From an uncultured Candidatus Entotheonella sp. (GTDB lineage: Bacteria; Tectomicrobia; Entotheonellia; Entotheonellales; Entotheonellaceae): 64,000 nucleotides of DNA. The first letter of the stretch is position 1. Each line of letters opens with the position of its first letter. Under the pieces are notes generated by a model. That model saw only the letters and a list, made by a program, of their open reading frames with translations. It was not told the DNA's origin and did no database searches. The translations under genes were made by a program, and so were the position numbers. This document shows positions 11,077 through 20,424 of the stretch, in pieces. The DNA lies in contig OZ244252.1 in assembly GCA_965217185.1 (NCBI GenBank), forward strand, positions 1,600,001-1,664,000. The letters are read 5' to 3'.

Positions 11077-12324
11077 ATGCCATCCCCCGATGGTGACAAA
11101 TCTGTAGGCGTTGAGCGGCGAACCTTCCTGCAACAGCTTGCCCTCGGCGGCGTGGCGCTTGGCGCCGCATCCGGGCTGACGGCGGCGGCGGAGACGTTGC
11201 ACGCGGCCGCTGCGATCAAGCAGCACAAACGGCTGGGCACGACCGATATTCGAATGTCGGATATCAGCTTCGGCGGCTCGCGGCTGCGCGGTGACGGCGA
11301 TCTGGTGCATTACGCCTTGGACAAAGGTATCAACTACTTCGACACGGCCGAGAGCTACACCGGCGGCAACTCCGAAACCCTCATCGGTCAGGCGCTCGAG
11401 GGCAAGCGCGACCAGGTTTACATTGCCAGCAAGGGCGGCTTCGGCCCGCACGTCCGGCAGGACGAAATGATGCGCACCCTGGAGGGGAGCCTGCGGCGGC
11501 TGCGCACCGATTACATCGATGTCTATTTCACCCACGCCGTGAACGACGTGAGGCGCGTCCAGAATCCCGAATTCCACGCCTTTACCGAACGCGCCAAGGA
11601 GCAGGGCAAGATTCGCTACGTCGGCCTTTCCGGCCACGGCGGCCGGCTCATCGAGTGCCTGGATTACGCCATTGACAGCGGCAAGTTCGACGTGATGCTG
11701 GTGGCGTACAACTTCGGCCAGGACCCGTCCTTTGTGCAAAAACTGACACGCCGCTTCGACTTTATCGCGGTGAACCCGGACCTGCCGCGCGTGCTGCGCA
11801 AGGCCAAGGCGGCAGGCATGGGCGTGATCGCCATGAAAACGCTGCGCGGCGCCAAGCTGAACGACATGGAGCCGTACCAGAAAGATGGGGCGACGTTTTC
11901 CCAGGCCGCTTTTCGCTGGGTGCTGACGAACGACGACGTTGACGCCTTGATCGTCACCATGCGTTCGCCCAGTGACATCGACGAGTTTCTCGTCGCTTCC
12001 GGTGGTACCAAGGTGACACGGCACGACGTGGACCTGCTGCGCCGCTACGTGACCCTGAACGACGGCACCTATTGCCGTCCGTTGTGCGATGCCTGTGAGT
12101 CGTCGTGCCCGGAGAACGTGCAGATTGCCGACGTGCTACGCCACAAAATGTACTTCGAGGATTACGGCGCCGAGCGCATGGCGATGGAGGGTTACGCCAA
12201 ACTGGCGCACAACGCCGCCGCCTGTGCCGAGTGCACGCACCAACGCTGCCTCGGTTCGTGCCCCTACGGGTTGCCCGTCCCCGAGTTGACGCGTCAGGCG
12301 CATCGCCTGCTGCACTGGGGTTGA
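11077..12324 (+). CDS. Aldo/keto reductase with Tat-like leader and C-terminal Fe-S dicluster
   Basis: ERRTFL leader; GINYFDTAESY, LRTDYID, GVIAMK; Cys clusters CRPLCDACESSCP and CAEC..CLGSCP. Confidence 0.85.
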   Translation: MPSPDGDKSVGVERRTFLQQLALGGVALGAASGLTAAAETLHAAAAIKQHKRLGTTDIRMSDISFGGSRLRGDGDLVHYALDKGINYFDTAESYTGGNSETLIGQALEGKRDQVYIASKGGFGPHVRQDEMMRTLEGSLRRLRTDYIDVYFTHAVNDVRRVQNPEFHAFTERAKEQGKIRYVGLSGHGGRLIECLDYAIDSGKFDVMLVAYNFGQDPSFVQKLTRRFDFIAVNPDLPRVLRKAKAAGMGVIAMKTLRGAKLNDMEPYQKDGATFSQAAFRWVLTNDDVDALIVTMRSPSDIDEFLVASGGTKVTRHDVDLLRRYVTLNDGTYCRPLCDACESSCPENVQIADVLRHKMYFEDYGAERMAMEGYAKLAHNAAACAECTHQRCLGSCPYGLPVPELTRQAHRLLHWG

Positions 12325-12388
12325 GCGCCAGGTGAGACGGCTTGCGGCAGGGCACCGACAGCGGCGTGCAACGGTAATATCCCGGCTC

Positions 12389-12832
12389 ATGGTCTCGGTA
12401 GGCTGGGCTTTACTGCTGAGCACGCTCTTCTGGGGCTCGACGGCGTTGGCGCAACCCAACACCAATCCGATGCGGGCCCCGAAAACTCCCCGTTCCCAAG
12501 CGCCCCTTGTTTTCAAATCGTCTTCCATTCCGGTCCAGGTGTTCGACGCCTACCTGCCCTTCTTTCAAACCGTCATTTCGCCAGTCGACGGGGCGCGTTC
12601 CGCCATATACCCCACCGGTTCAGCATACGCGCGACAGGCCTTCGCCAAGCATGGCGCGCTGTTGGGATTCGTTCTGACGGCGGAACGGCTCATGCACGAG
12701 GGCAACGAGCGGTTCGTGGCGCCGCGCGTTCGCAAACACGGCAGGTGGCGGATTTACGATCCGGTGGAGGCCAACGATAGGTGGTGGCATAAACCGGGTC
12801 CGGCGGGGCCAGGTGATTCGCAGCAACGATGA
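12389..12832 (+). CDS. YidD-like (membrane protein insertion efficiency factor) domain protein
   Basis: ISPVDG..YPT.SAYARQAFAKHG..G..LTAERL pattern; N-terminal hydrophobic helix; start uncertain. Confidence 0.55.
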   Translation: MVSVGWALLLSTLFWGSTALAQPNTNPMRAPKTPRSQAPLVFKSSSIPVQVFDAYLPFFQTVISPVDGARSAIYPTGSAYARQAFAKHGALLGFVLTAERLMHEGNERFVAPRVRKHGRWRIYDPVEANDRWWHKPGPAGPGDSQQR

Positions 12833-12939
12833 GAGAAGGAATGGCTGTATTGGGACTGGTCGCCGGGCACGTCAAGCCTCAACGGACGGCGGCGTGGACG
12901 GACCGATGGTGTCGATGGCCCTCCGTGTCATGAGCAGGT

Positions 12940-13623
12940 ATGAGGTCAAAGAGCACACAGCGCCAGGGACGATTCAAATTTTCCCTTCCCGATGACATTC
13001 CGGCTGATCTGCGGGCGTTTGCCGGCGGCTGTGCTCTTGAGGACGATGAATTTCCATTCGAGCGGATCAGCGATATTGCGGAGTTGGAAAGCTGGCGGAA
13101 AGAAATCAACCGGCCTCTCTACCACATTCACAAATGGTGGGCACAGAGGCTGGGCACGGTCTTTCGCGCGATTGTTCTCGGCGCCCTTACACCTTCCGGA
13201 ACCGATATCTTAGATACCTTCTATCGACCGGTCCGTTTGAGGAGCCCGGTCGTTTTTGATCCCTTCATGGGAAGTGGGACGACAATCGGCGAGGCGGCCA
13301 AACTCGGTGCCCGGGTCATAGGCCGGGATATCAACCCCGTTGCACATTTCCTCGTACGCAATGCGCTTTCCTTTCATGACCGCCCGAAAATTCTCCGCGA
13401 ATATCGGTCCATTGGACACGATGTTTCCGGCGAAATCCGTTCGTATTATCAAACTCGGCTTCCCGACGGACGTGTTGCGGACGTGCTTTATTTCTTCTGG
13501 GTTAAAATCGTGTCCTGCCCTTGTTGTCGCCATGAGGTGGAACTCCGTTCGTCGAGGATATTCGCAAAACATGCGTATCCAAAACGATATCCCCATGCGC
13601 GGGCGGTCTGTCCTGAATGCTGA
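12940..13623 (+). pseudogene. N-terminal fragment of a DUF1156-type adenine DNA methyltransferase
   Basis: IHKWWAQRLG, motif I DPFMGSGTT, DINPVA, zinc-ribbon CPCC and CPEC, then an abrupt stop; no catalytic DPPY motif. Confidence 0.75.
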
Positions 13624-13990
13624 GAACACATACGTGCATCAAAACAAGAGCTTCAGGGGCTTCGGCAGCTACGGTGATCTTCTTGTCCGTGACCGAAAGA
13701 TGTATGTCGCACCGCCTCCCTTTGCTCTTGCTGAAGGTGCCGCGCATCGTCGCACGTTGATCTTGCCTGCTGATCTGCCCGTTGATAGCGACCTGATGGA
13801 AATCGGTGTCCTGACGAGGCGCGAAGCCGAGTACATGGTTGTCGCTTATCAATTCGACCTGCGAACCAATGAACTTGAAACAACGCTTGTACGCAACCCA
13901 AACGCCGGCTGCGAGCATGTATTCAAAGCTTGGCGGGTCAAGGGTGATCCAGAGGAGCCCATAACGCTGCGCCAAAAGCAAGGGCCTTAA
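13620..13990 (+). pseudogene. C-terminal fragment of a second gene of the same defence-like locus (possibly the nuclease)
   Basis: Protein-like reading ENTYVHQNKSFRGFGSYGDLLVRDRKMYV... begins in another frame right at the methyltransferase break and has no start of its own. Confidence 0.45.
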
Positions 13991-14028
13991 ACCAGATTGA
14001 GGTTTGGATTCAAGAGGAAGATAACGGC

Positions 14029-14289
14029 ATGGCCATCAATCAGGAATTAATCGATCTTCTCGTTTGTCCGGAGACGAAACAATCCCTCACTCTGGCCGAG
14101 CCGGATGAGGTGGCGGACATCAACCAACGGATCGCGCGCGGGGAAGTGGCAACGCGGCGGGGAGCACCGGTTAGGGAGCCGATTGATGGTGCCCTGATCC
14201 GGGCGGACCGGCAGTATTTCTACCCGATTCGCGACGACATCCCGATCATGCTGATCGATGAGGCTATTGCACTGGCAGGGGACAGCTAA
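14029..14289 (+). CDS. Trm112 family protein
   Basis: LLVCPETK, YPIRDDIPIMLIDEA. Confidence 0.88.
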   Translation: MAINQELIDLLVCPETKQSLTLAEPDEVADINQRIARGEVATRRGAPVREPIDGALIRADRQYFYPIRDDIPIMLIDEAIALAGDS

Positions 14290-15313
14290 GCGGCTGTGGC
14301 CGGGCGTCGAGAACTCTTGCCGGAAGGTCGCTCAAGGCGGTTTGTAGAATGTTGAATGCGGTGTCCACAGTCAGAGACTGCTCGCTAAGCATCCGGCGCC
14401 AGGCCCGTGCGGCGGGTTGGTGGGCAAACAGGCCCAATAGGTGGCGCGTGATGCGGTGCGGCGGCAGACCCTTCGCCGTCCATTTGTCAAGATACGGCAG
14501 CATCGCCTCCAGGACTTGCCGACGGCTCGGTGGCACTGACTGCGCTCCGAAGAAAACATTGTCCGCCAGGGCGAACAGAAACGGCTCGTCGTACGCCGCC
14601 CGCCCGATCATGACGCCGTCCACCGCCTGTAAATGCCCGGTAGCCTGTTGCAGAGTCTTAATGCCGCCGTTGATCGCAATGTGCAGCCGCGGATGCCCCG
14701 CCTTCAGGCGATACACGTCGTCGTACCGTAACGGCGGCACAGTACGGTTCTCCTTTGGGCTCAGACCCTGCAGGACGGCGATACGGGCGTGCACGATAAA
14801 GCCCTCGCAGCCCGCTCTGGCGACCACGCTGACAAACCGCTCCATGTCTTCATAGCGCTCCAGCCCGTCGATGCCGATGCGGTGTTTGACCGTCACCCGC
14901 AGCGGCGTCGCCCGTCGCATGGCCTCAACGCCGCGCGCTACCACCTCCGGCTGTGCCATCAGGCAGGCGCCGAAGTGACCCTGCTTCACCCGGTCGCTGG
15001 GGCAGCCGACGTTGAGATTCACCTCGTCATACCCCCAATCCTCGGCCAGCCGCGCGCAGTGCGCCAGCGCCGCCGGATCGTCGCCGCCGAGTTGCAGGGC
15101 CAGGGGCTTTTCCACCTCCGAGAATGCCAGGAAGCGCTTGGCGTCGCCGTGCATCAATGCCGCGGTGGTGATCATTTCCGTGTACAGCAAGGTGTGCCGG
15201 GTGATCTGGCGCATGAAGTAGCGATAATGCCGGTCGGTGCGGTCCATCATCGGCGCCACGCTCAGGCGTTCCGGGTATGCCGCGGTTGGCGCAATTGGGG
15301 ATGGAGTCGTCAT
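14264..15313 (-). CDS. dusA: tRNA dihydrouridine(20/20a) synthase
   Basis: SVAPMMDRTDRH, NLNVGCPSDRV, VKHRIGID, GLSPKENR.VPPLRY, GVMIGRAAY. Confidence 0.93.
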   Translation of the reverse strand: MTTPSPIAPTAAYPERLSVAPMMDRTDRHYRYFMRQITRHTLLYTEMITTAALMHGDAKRFLAFSEVEKPLALQLGGDDPAALAHCARLAEDWGYDEVNLNVGCPSDRVKQGHFGACLMAQPEVVARGVEAMRRATPLRVTVKHRIGIDGLERYEDMERFVSVVARAGCEGFIVHARIAVLQGLSPKENRTVPPLRYDDVYRLKAGHPRLHIAINGGIKTLQQATGHLQAVDGVMIGRAAYDEPFLFALADNVFFGAQSVPPSRRQVLEAMLPYLDKWTAKGLPPHRITRHLLGLFAHQPAARAWRRMLSEQSLTVDTAFNILQTALSDLPARVLDARPQPLSCPLPVQ

Positions 15314-15440
15314 TGTCCGGATGCCTTTCCCGCACGGGTGCCAGCATTGCGCCCCACTCGTGCCGCTGCTATGCTTTCGGCCACGTAAATTGACGAATTC
15401 AAGACACTTTGGACCGAATCGAACCGATGGATATTCCGCA

Positions 15441-15935
15441 ATGACGCAGCCGCTCACCCGACCCGAGAACCCCCTGCAGAAGCGTCACACCATTGCCGCT
15501 ATCGTTTATTTCATCTATGGCATTTATTACCTGTTCGGCGCTCAGTATCTAACCAGTATGCAGAGCACCCAGCGCGGCATGTCGAACCCCACCCCATTCT
15601 TAATCCTCGGCGGCATTATAGCGATCACCTTTCCATTCCTCATCTATCGTCGCACCGGCATCGGGGTGTCGTTCCTGCAACGCGCCAGCGGCCAGCACAG
15701 AAGCTACCAGATCAGTTTCACCCTGCTGCTTGGGCTACTGGTCTGCGCCCGCGTCGTCGCCTTGTTGCGGGGTGGCTTGTATCTGAAATCGCCGTTGCAC
15801 ACGGCAGCGCTGGTGCTGACAGTGATCAACGCCGCGTGCCTGTTGTGGGCCGGATTGGGCCAAGCCTGGTGGCGAATCGAGGCAACCGAGGACCCGCCAA
15901 TGCAATCGACTGGGAGTAGCCCATGGGCGTCATGA
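15441..15935 (+). CDS. Hypothetical membrane protein (about 4 TM)
   Basis: Four hydrophobic segments; ATGA overlap with the next ORF. Confidence 0.65.
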   Translation: MTQPLTRPENPLQKRHTIAAIVYFIYGIYYLFGAQYLTSMQSTQRGMSNPTPFLILGGIIAITFPFLIYRRTGIGVSFLQRASGQHRSYQISFTLLLGLLVCARVVALLRGGLYLKSPLHTAALVLTVINAACLLWAGLGQAWWRIEATEDPPMQSTGSSPWAS

Positions 15936-16165
15936 ACCTCTACCTCCTGGTCGGCCTGCTGGTGCACGTCGCCTTCCTGGGCTTGGCCGATTGGCTGGCC
16001 TATCACCACTTGGTAAAGCACGGCTACGACCACACCGTGCTCATTCTCGGCGTACTGAACGTTGGCATCGGTTGCGGCATCTATTTCCTGGTTTACTTGC
16101 CTATGCGGCGGCACGTGCGCCTGCGCCGCATGGTTCGTGAGGGGAGCCGCAATGGAAGCCGTTAG
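15932..16165 (+). CDS. Small 2-TM membrane protein
   Basis: Two hydrophobic helices and a basic tail; translationally coupled on both sides. Confidence 0.6.
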   Translation: MNLYLLVGLLVHVAFLGLADWLAYHHLVKHGYDHTVLILGVLNVGIGCGIYFLVYLPMRRHVRLRRMVREGSRNGSR

Positions 16166-16805
16166 GGGGTGCTGCCTGCTGGTATTGATCGGTCTCTGCG
16201 CCCTCTTTGCAACGGGCTGTGAGCGGGTGGCAAGCGATGGATTCGACCCCGCCTCGGCCACCTACAGCCCCACACCGCCGAGACCTGTGGAAACCGTCGA
16301 GTATCTTACCGAGCCGATTGTCTATACCATCGACGCCCGTACCCAAAACGTCTGGGTCTACTTCGATTTCTCCCGCGGCGCCGTGGTGCCGGTCCTCAAT
16401 CCCAAAAAAGACGCCTGGGACCTTGCCTTCAAGCGCTACGTGATGAAGACCAACGGCGGCCGCAGCAATACCGACGGCCAAGGCGCCGTGCTGAAGCTCC
16501 GCAGGCGGGATTTCGGCGCCGTGTCCAAGGTGCCCGGAGACGCTGAATTTCAGGCCGACGTTCACCCCAAGAACCGCCTGCATCCTTCCAATCCGGTTCT
16601 GGAGAAATGGTACAACTACAGCTATCTGGCCAACGTGCTGGCCCCCAAGCCGGAGGTTTACGTCATCCGCACACAGGAAGGCAAGTACGCCAAAATGCGG
16701 ATGCTGAGCTACTATTGCACCGGCAACGTGGCGGGCTGCATGACGTTTGAATACGTCTACCAAGGCGACGGAAGTCGTCGCTTGGCCGACGGACCGGCGG
16801 CCTGA
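16152..16805 (+). CDS. HmuY-family heme-binding lipoprotein
   Basis: Lipobox-like FATGC; WVYFDFSRG, WDLAFKRY..KTNGG, WYNY, VYVIRT..GKYAK...LSYY. Confidence 0.78.
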   Translation: MEAVRGCCLLVLIGLCALFATGCERVASDGFDPASATYSPTPPRPVETVEYLTEPIVYTIDARTQNVWVYFDFSRGAVVPVLNPKKDAWDLAFKRYVMKTNGGRSNTDGQGAVLKLRRRDFGAVSKVPGDAEFQADVHPKNRLHPSNPVLEKWYNYSYLANVLAPKPEVYVIRTQEGKYAKMRMLSYYCTGNVAGCMTFEYVYQGDGSRRLADGPAA

Positions 16806-16834
16806 GTCCCCATGATGCGGGCAACGAGCGAGCA

Positions 16835-17998
16835 ATGACCACCATGGGGCGACGAGAGGTACTCAAACTCGGCGGCGCGTTGGCGGCGGGGGCTTCAGCG
16901 GCGCCGGCCTTAGCGGGTCAAGCAGCCACCGACCCCGACGAGTTGACGCGGCTGCAGCAGGCGGTCAATTTCATCTACGACGGCTCCCATCTCACCCCCC
17001 TTGAATACGCCCACCTTCTGAATCAGCTCGCCACTTCCAAGCCGTTGCACGCCGACGTTTATTCCAACGGCGGTGTCGTCGAGGAACTGGAACACGCGTT
17101 TGCGCGCTGGCTCGGCAAGGAAAGCGCCGTCTTCATGCCCACCGGCACGCTGGCCAACCACATCGCGCTGCGGGAACTGGCTGGGGTGCAGCGGCGCGTC
17201 CTCGTGCAAGCCGAGAGTCACATCTACAACGATTCCGGCGACTGCGCTCAGCAGCTCAGCGGCCTGAACCTCATTCCCCTGGCGTCGGGGCGAGTCGGCT
17301 TCACGTTATCGGAGGTGCAGGACACGGTGCGGCGCAGCCGCTCCGGCAGGGTAGAGACGGGTGTCGGCGTCATTTGCATCGAGTCGCCGGTACGGCGCAT
17401 GGACGATGCCGTGTTCGGCTATGACGAGATGCGGCGCATTGCCGCCTTCGCCCGGCAGGAAGGCATTCGGCTGCACCTCGACGGCGCCCGCCTGTTCGTG
17501 GAATCCGCTCACACCGGCATCCCGCCGGCGCAATACGCCGCGCTGTTCGATACTGTGTACGTGTCGCTGTACAAGTGCTTCAATGCTGCTTCCGGGGCCA
17601 TTCTGGCCGGCACGCGGGCGTTCACCGAGAACCTGTTCCACGTGCGCCGCATGTTCGGCAGCGGCCTGCCGGGTGCGTGGCCGTACGCCGCAGTGGCTTT
17701 GGAATTCGTCGACGATTTCCTGGATGAGTACAAGACCGCCTGGCGCAAGGCGGAAAGCATTTTCCAAATGCTGGCCGAAGACCCTGCTTTTCGCGTCGAG
17801 CCCATTCCAAACGGCACCCACGTCGTGCCCGTGTACGTGTCCGGGAGCGACCCTGAGCGCTTTCGCGACCGGCTCAGCCGCCGCAACATTCACCTGCCGC
17901 AGGCCCGTTGGCAGGGCGGCTTCTGGCTCAAAATCAATCCCTCGTTGAATCGCATGTCCGCGCAGGACGTGGCGCGCGCCTTTGTGGCGGCCTTGTAG
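16835..17998 (+). CDS. Low-specificity threonine aldolase / beta-eliminating lyase with Tat-like leader
   Basis: GRREVLK leader; FMPTGTLAN, HLDGARL, VSLYK (PLP lysine). Confidence 0.82.
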   Translation: MTTMGRREVLKLGGALAAGASAAPALAGQAATDPDELTRLQQAVNFIYDGSHLTPLEYAHLLNQLATSKPLHADVYSNGGVVEELEHAFARWLGKESAVFMPTGTLANHIALRELAGVQRRVLVQAESHIYNDSGDCAQQLSGLNLIPLASGRVGFTLSEVQDTVRRSRSGRVETGVGVICIESPVRRMDDAVFGYDEMRRIAAFARQEGIRLHLDGARLFVESAHTGIPPAQYAALFDTVYVSLYKCFNAASGAILAGTRAFTENLFHVRRMFGSGLPGAWPYAAVALEFVDDFLDEYKTAWRKAESIFQMLAEDPAFRVEPIPNGTHVVPVYVSGSDPERFRDRLSRRNIHLPQARWQGGFWLKINPSLNRMSAQDVARAFVAAL

Positions 17999-18037
17999 GT
18001 CCGTACCGGCGCATCCTCAGTTCACAAGGAGCCCATC

Positions 18038-19015
18038 ATGCCGGCAATTGCGGGCAAGGACTTGACCATCGGCGTGTGTCACCCGGCCTACCGCATCGCC
18101 CCGGTACTCAGCGCCCGTCTTCCCGAGGCAACGGTTTTTCAGGAACACAGCGCCGACGCAATCAGGCCGCGCATGCCCGAGATTGATGTCTTGGTGATTT
18201 CCGGTGCTTGGCGAGACGATTTGCTCGAAGGCGCTGAAAAACTGCGATGGATTCAGGCCATCGGCGTCGGTTACAACCAGTTTCCGCTCGCCGAACTGCG
18301 CCGCTGCGGCATCCGGCTGACCAACGCCGTGGGGGTCAACGCCAACGCCGTCAGCGAACACGCCATGGCGCTCGTCCTGGCGCTCAGCCGCCGCCTGCCG
18401 GAAGCGCGCGACAACCAGCATCGCAAGCACTGGCGCCCAATGATCAGCGACCCGCAGGCGCGCGAAGACGAAGTTGCCGACAAGACCCTGGGCATCATCG
18501 GCCTCGGCGCTATCGGCAACCGCTTGGCCACCCTCGCCAAGGCGTTCGGCATGCGCGTCATCGGCACCAAGGGCAACCCCGCGGCCTACCAGGGACAGGT
18601 CGACGCCGTGCTGCCGCCCGACCGACTGGGAGAGTTACTCGACAGCGCCGATTATGTCGCGCTCTGCTGCCCGCTCAAGCCCGAAACAACCAACCTCATC
18701 GGCGCGGCGGAATTGCGACGCATGAAGCCGTCCGCTTACTTGGTGAACGTATCGCGCGGGCAGGTCGTCGTCGAATCCGAGTTGATTAGCGCTTTGCAAA
18801 CGGGCGACATCGCCGGTGCGGCGTTGGACCTCACCATCGACGAACCCCTGTGCCCCGAAAGCCCGCTGTGGGAGATGCCTAACGTCCTCATCACACCGCA
18901 CACCGGCGGCGAAACGTCGCGTTACGAGCAGCGCCTGGTCGACATCATTGTCGAGAACGTGCGCCGCTGGGAACGCGCCGAACCCTTCATCCACCAGGTA
19001 GCCGGAGGGGCGTGA
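18038..19015 (+). CDS. D-2-hydroxyacid dehydrogenase
   Basis: GIIGLGAIG, NVSRG, LD...EPL, ITPHTGG. Confidence 0.9.
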   Translation: MPAIAGKDLTIGVCHPAYRIAPVLSARLPEATVFQEHSADAIRPRMPEIDVLVISGAWRDDLLEGAEKLRWIQAIGVGYNQFPLAELRRCGIRLTNAVGVNANAVSEHAMALVLALSRRLPEARDNQHRKHWRPMISDPQAREDEVADKTLGIIGLGAIGNRLATLAKAFGMRVIGTKGNPAAYQGQVDAVLPPDRLGELLDSADYVALCCPLKPETTNLIGAAELRRMKPSAYLVNVSRGQVVVESELISALQTGDIAGAALDLTIDEPLCPESPLWEMPNVLITPHTGGETSRYEQRLVDIIVENVRRWERAEPFIHQVAGGA

Positions 19016-19018
19016 CCG

Positions 19019-20365
19019 ATGCCGTCAACCGAGCCGAAAATCAGCCCCATCAACGTCGTCTTCGTCGTGTTCATCATGGGCGCCATCCTGTTCGCCGGCG
19101 TGTCCGGACGCATGCAGGACGCGGCCGACGCCAGCATTGCCGCGGCCAAGGGCGCGGTGACGCTGGCCATCGGGCTGATCGGCATCATGGCGTTGTGGCT
19201 GGGCTTCGTGCGCGTCCTGGAAGCCGGCGGGATGATGCGGCAATTGGCGCGTCTCGTCCGTCCCCTGATGGTGCGCTTGTTTCCCGACGTGCCTGCCGAG
19301 CATCCCGCCATGAGCGCCATGATTCTTAACATCTCGGCGAACATGTTGGGTCTCGGCAACGCGGCGACGCCGTTCGGTATCAAGGCAATGGTCGAGCTAA
19401 ACCGGCTCAATCCGTTTCCCGGCGTGGCCACCAACGCCATGTGCCTGTTCCTGGCGATCAACACCTCCAGCGTCGCGCTGCTGCCATTGGGCGTCATGGG
19501 CGTGCGCGCCGCGGCGGGAAGCACGCGGCCCTTCGAGATGTTCGTGCCGACGCTGGTGGCAACCCTGGCTTCCACCTTCGTCGGCGTGCTGGTTGCCTCC
19601 TGGCGGGGACGCCGCGATGCCGCCTACCGGGAGCAAGCGGCGCAGGCGCAGCCAGTTGACGTCGGTCCCGAAAGCAACGCCGCGGATGATGAGGCTTCCG
19701 GGCCCGACTACGCCCACTTGGTGGGGGACCCCGGCACCATCGGCAAACGGCTGGCCATTGCCGGGTTGCTCTTGCTCGCCGCCGCCGCCGTGTACCAGGC
19801 CGTAATCGCAGATTCGCTGCCCGACTTCCTGAAGAACCGCTTCGCCAGTTATTGGTTGATGCCGGTGCTGATCTTCCTCATCTTTTCGTATGGGTTGGCC
19901 CGCGGCGTACGCATCTACGAGGCCGTTACCGAAGGCGCCAAGCAGGGATTCGACATCGCCGTGCGCATCATTCCGTTTCTGGTGGCCATTCTGGTGGCGA
20001 TCCGCATGTTCAGGGCGTCCGGGGCGATGGAACTGCTGACGTCCATCCTCAACCCGGTCACCCGCCTGATCGGCATGCCGGGTGAGGTTCTGCCCATGGC
20101 GCTGGTGCGGCCCCTTTCAGGCAGCGGCGCCTTCGGCATCATGGCCGAGTTGGTCGAGGCGGCGCCCGACTCGTATACCGCTTACGTGGCTTCAACGCTG
20201 ATGGGCAGCACCGAGACCACCTTCTACGTGCTGGCCGTTTACTTCGGCGCTGTGGGCGTCAGTCGCATCCGTCACGCGCTGCTGGCGGGGCTCTGCGCCG
20301 ATTTGACCGGCGTTGTGGTAGCATCGTTAATGTGCCGGATGTTGTGGACTGGGGATTTCAGTTAA
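19019..20365 (+). CDS. Fused SpmA/SpmB nucleoside-recognition (gate) membrane protein
   Basis: ANMLGLGNAATPFG, RPLSGSGA, GSTETTFYVLAVYFG. Confidence 0.9.
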   Translation: MPSTEPKISPINVVFVVFIMGAILFAGVSGRMQDAADASIAAAKGAVTLAIGLIGIMALWLGFVRVLEAGGMMRQLARLVRPLMVRLFPDVPAEHPAMSAMILNISANMLGLGNAATPFGIKAMVELNRLNPFPGVATNAMCLFLAINTSSVALLPLGVMGVRAAAGSTRPFEMFVPTLVATLASTFVGVLVASWRGRRDAAYREQAAQAQPVDVGPESNAADDEASGPDYAHLVGDPGTIGKRLAIAGLLLLAAAAVYQAVIADSLPDFLKNRFASYWLMPVLIFLIFSYGLARGVRIYEAVTEGAKQGFDIAVRIIPFLVAILVAIRMFRASGAMELLTSILNPVTRLIGMPGEVLPMALVRPLSGSGAFGIMAELVEAAPDSYTAYVASTLMGSTETTFYVLAVYFGAVGVSRIRHALLAGLCADLTGVVVASLMCRMLWTGDFS

Positions 20366-20424
20366 CGGGCTGGACGTCACAGACCTTGCGGATGTAGTGG
20401 ACCCTGGATCAAAAGGAGGCGGTC

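Noticed and set aside
19019..20365. Evidence of sporulation from spmAB
   Set aside because: Fused SpmAB homologues are widespread in non-sporulating bacteria.
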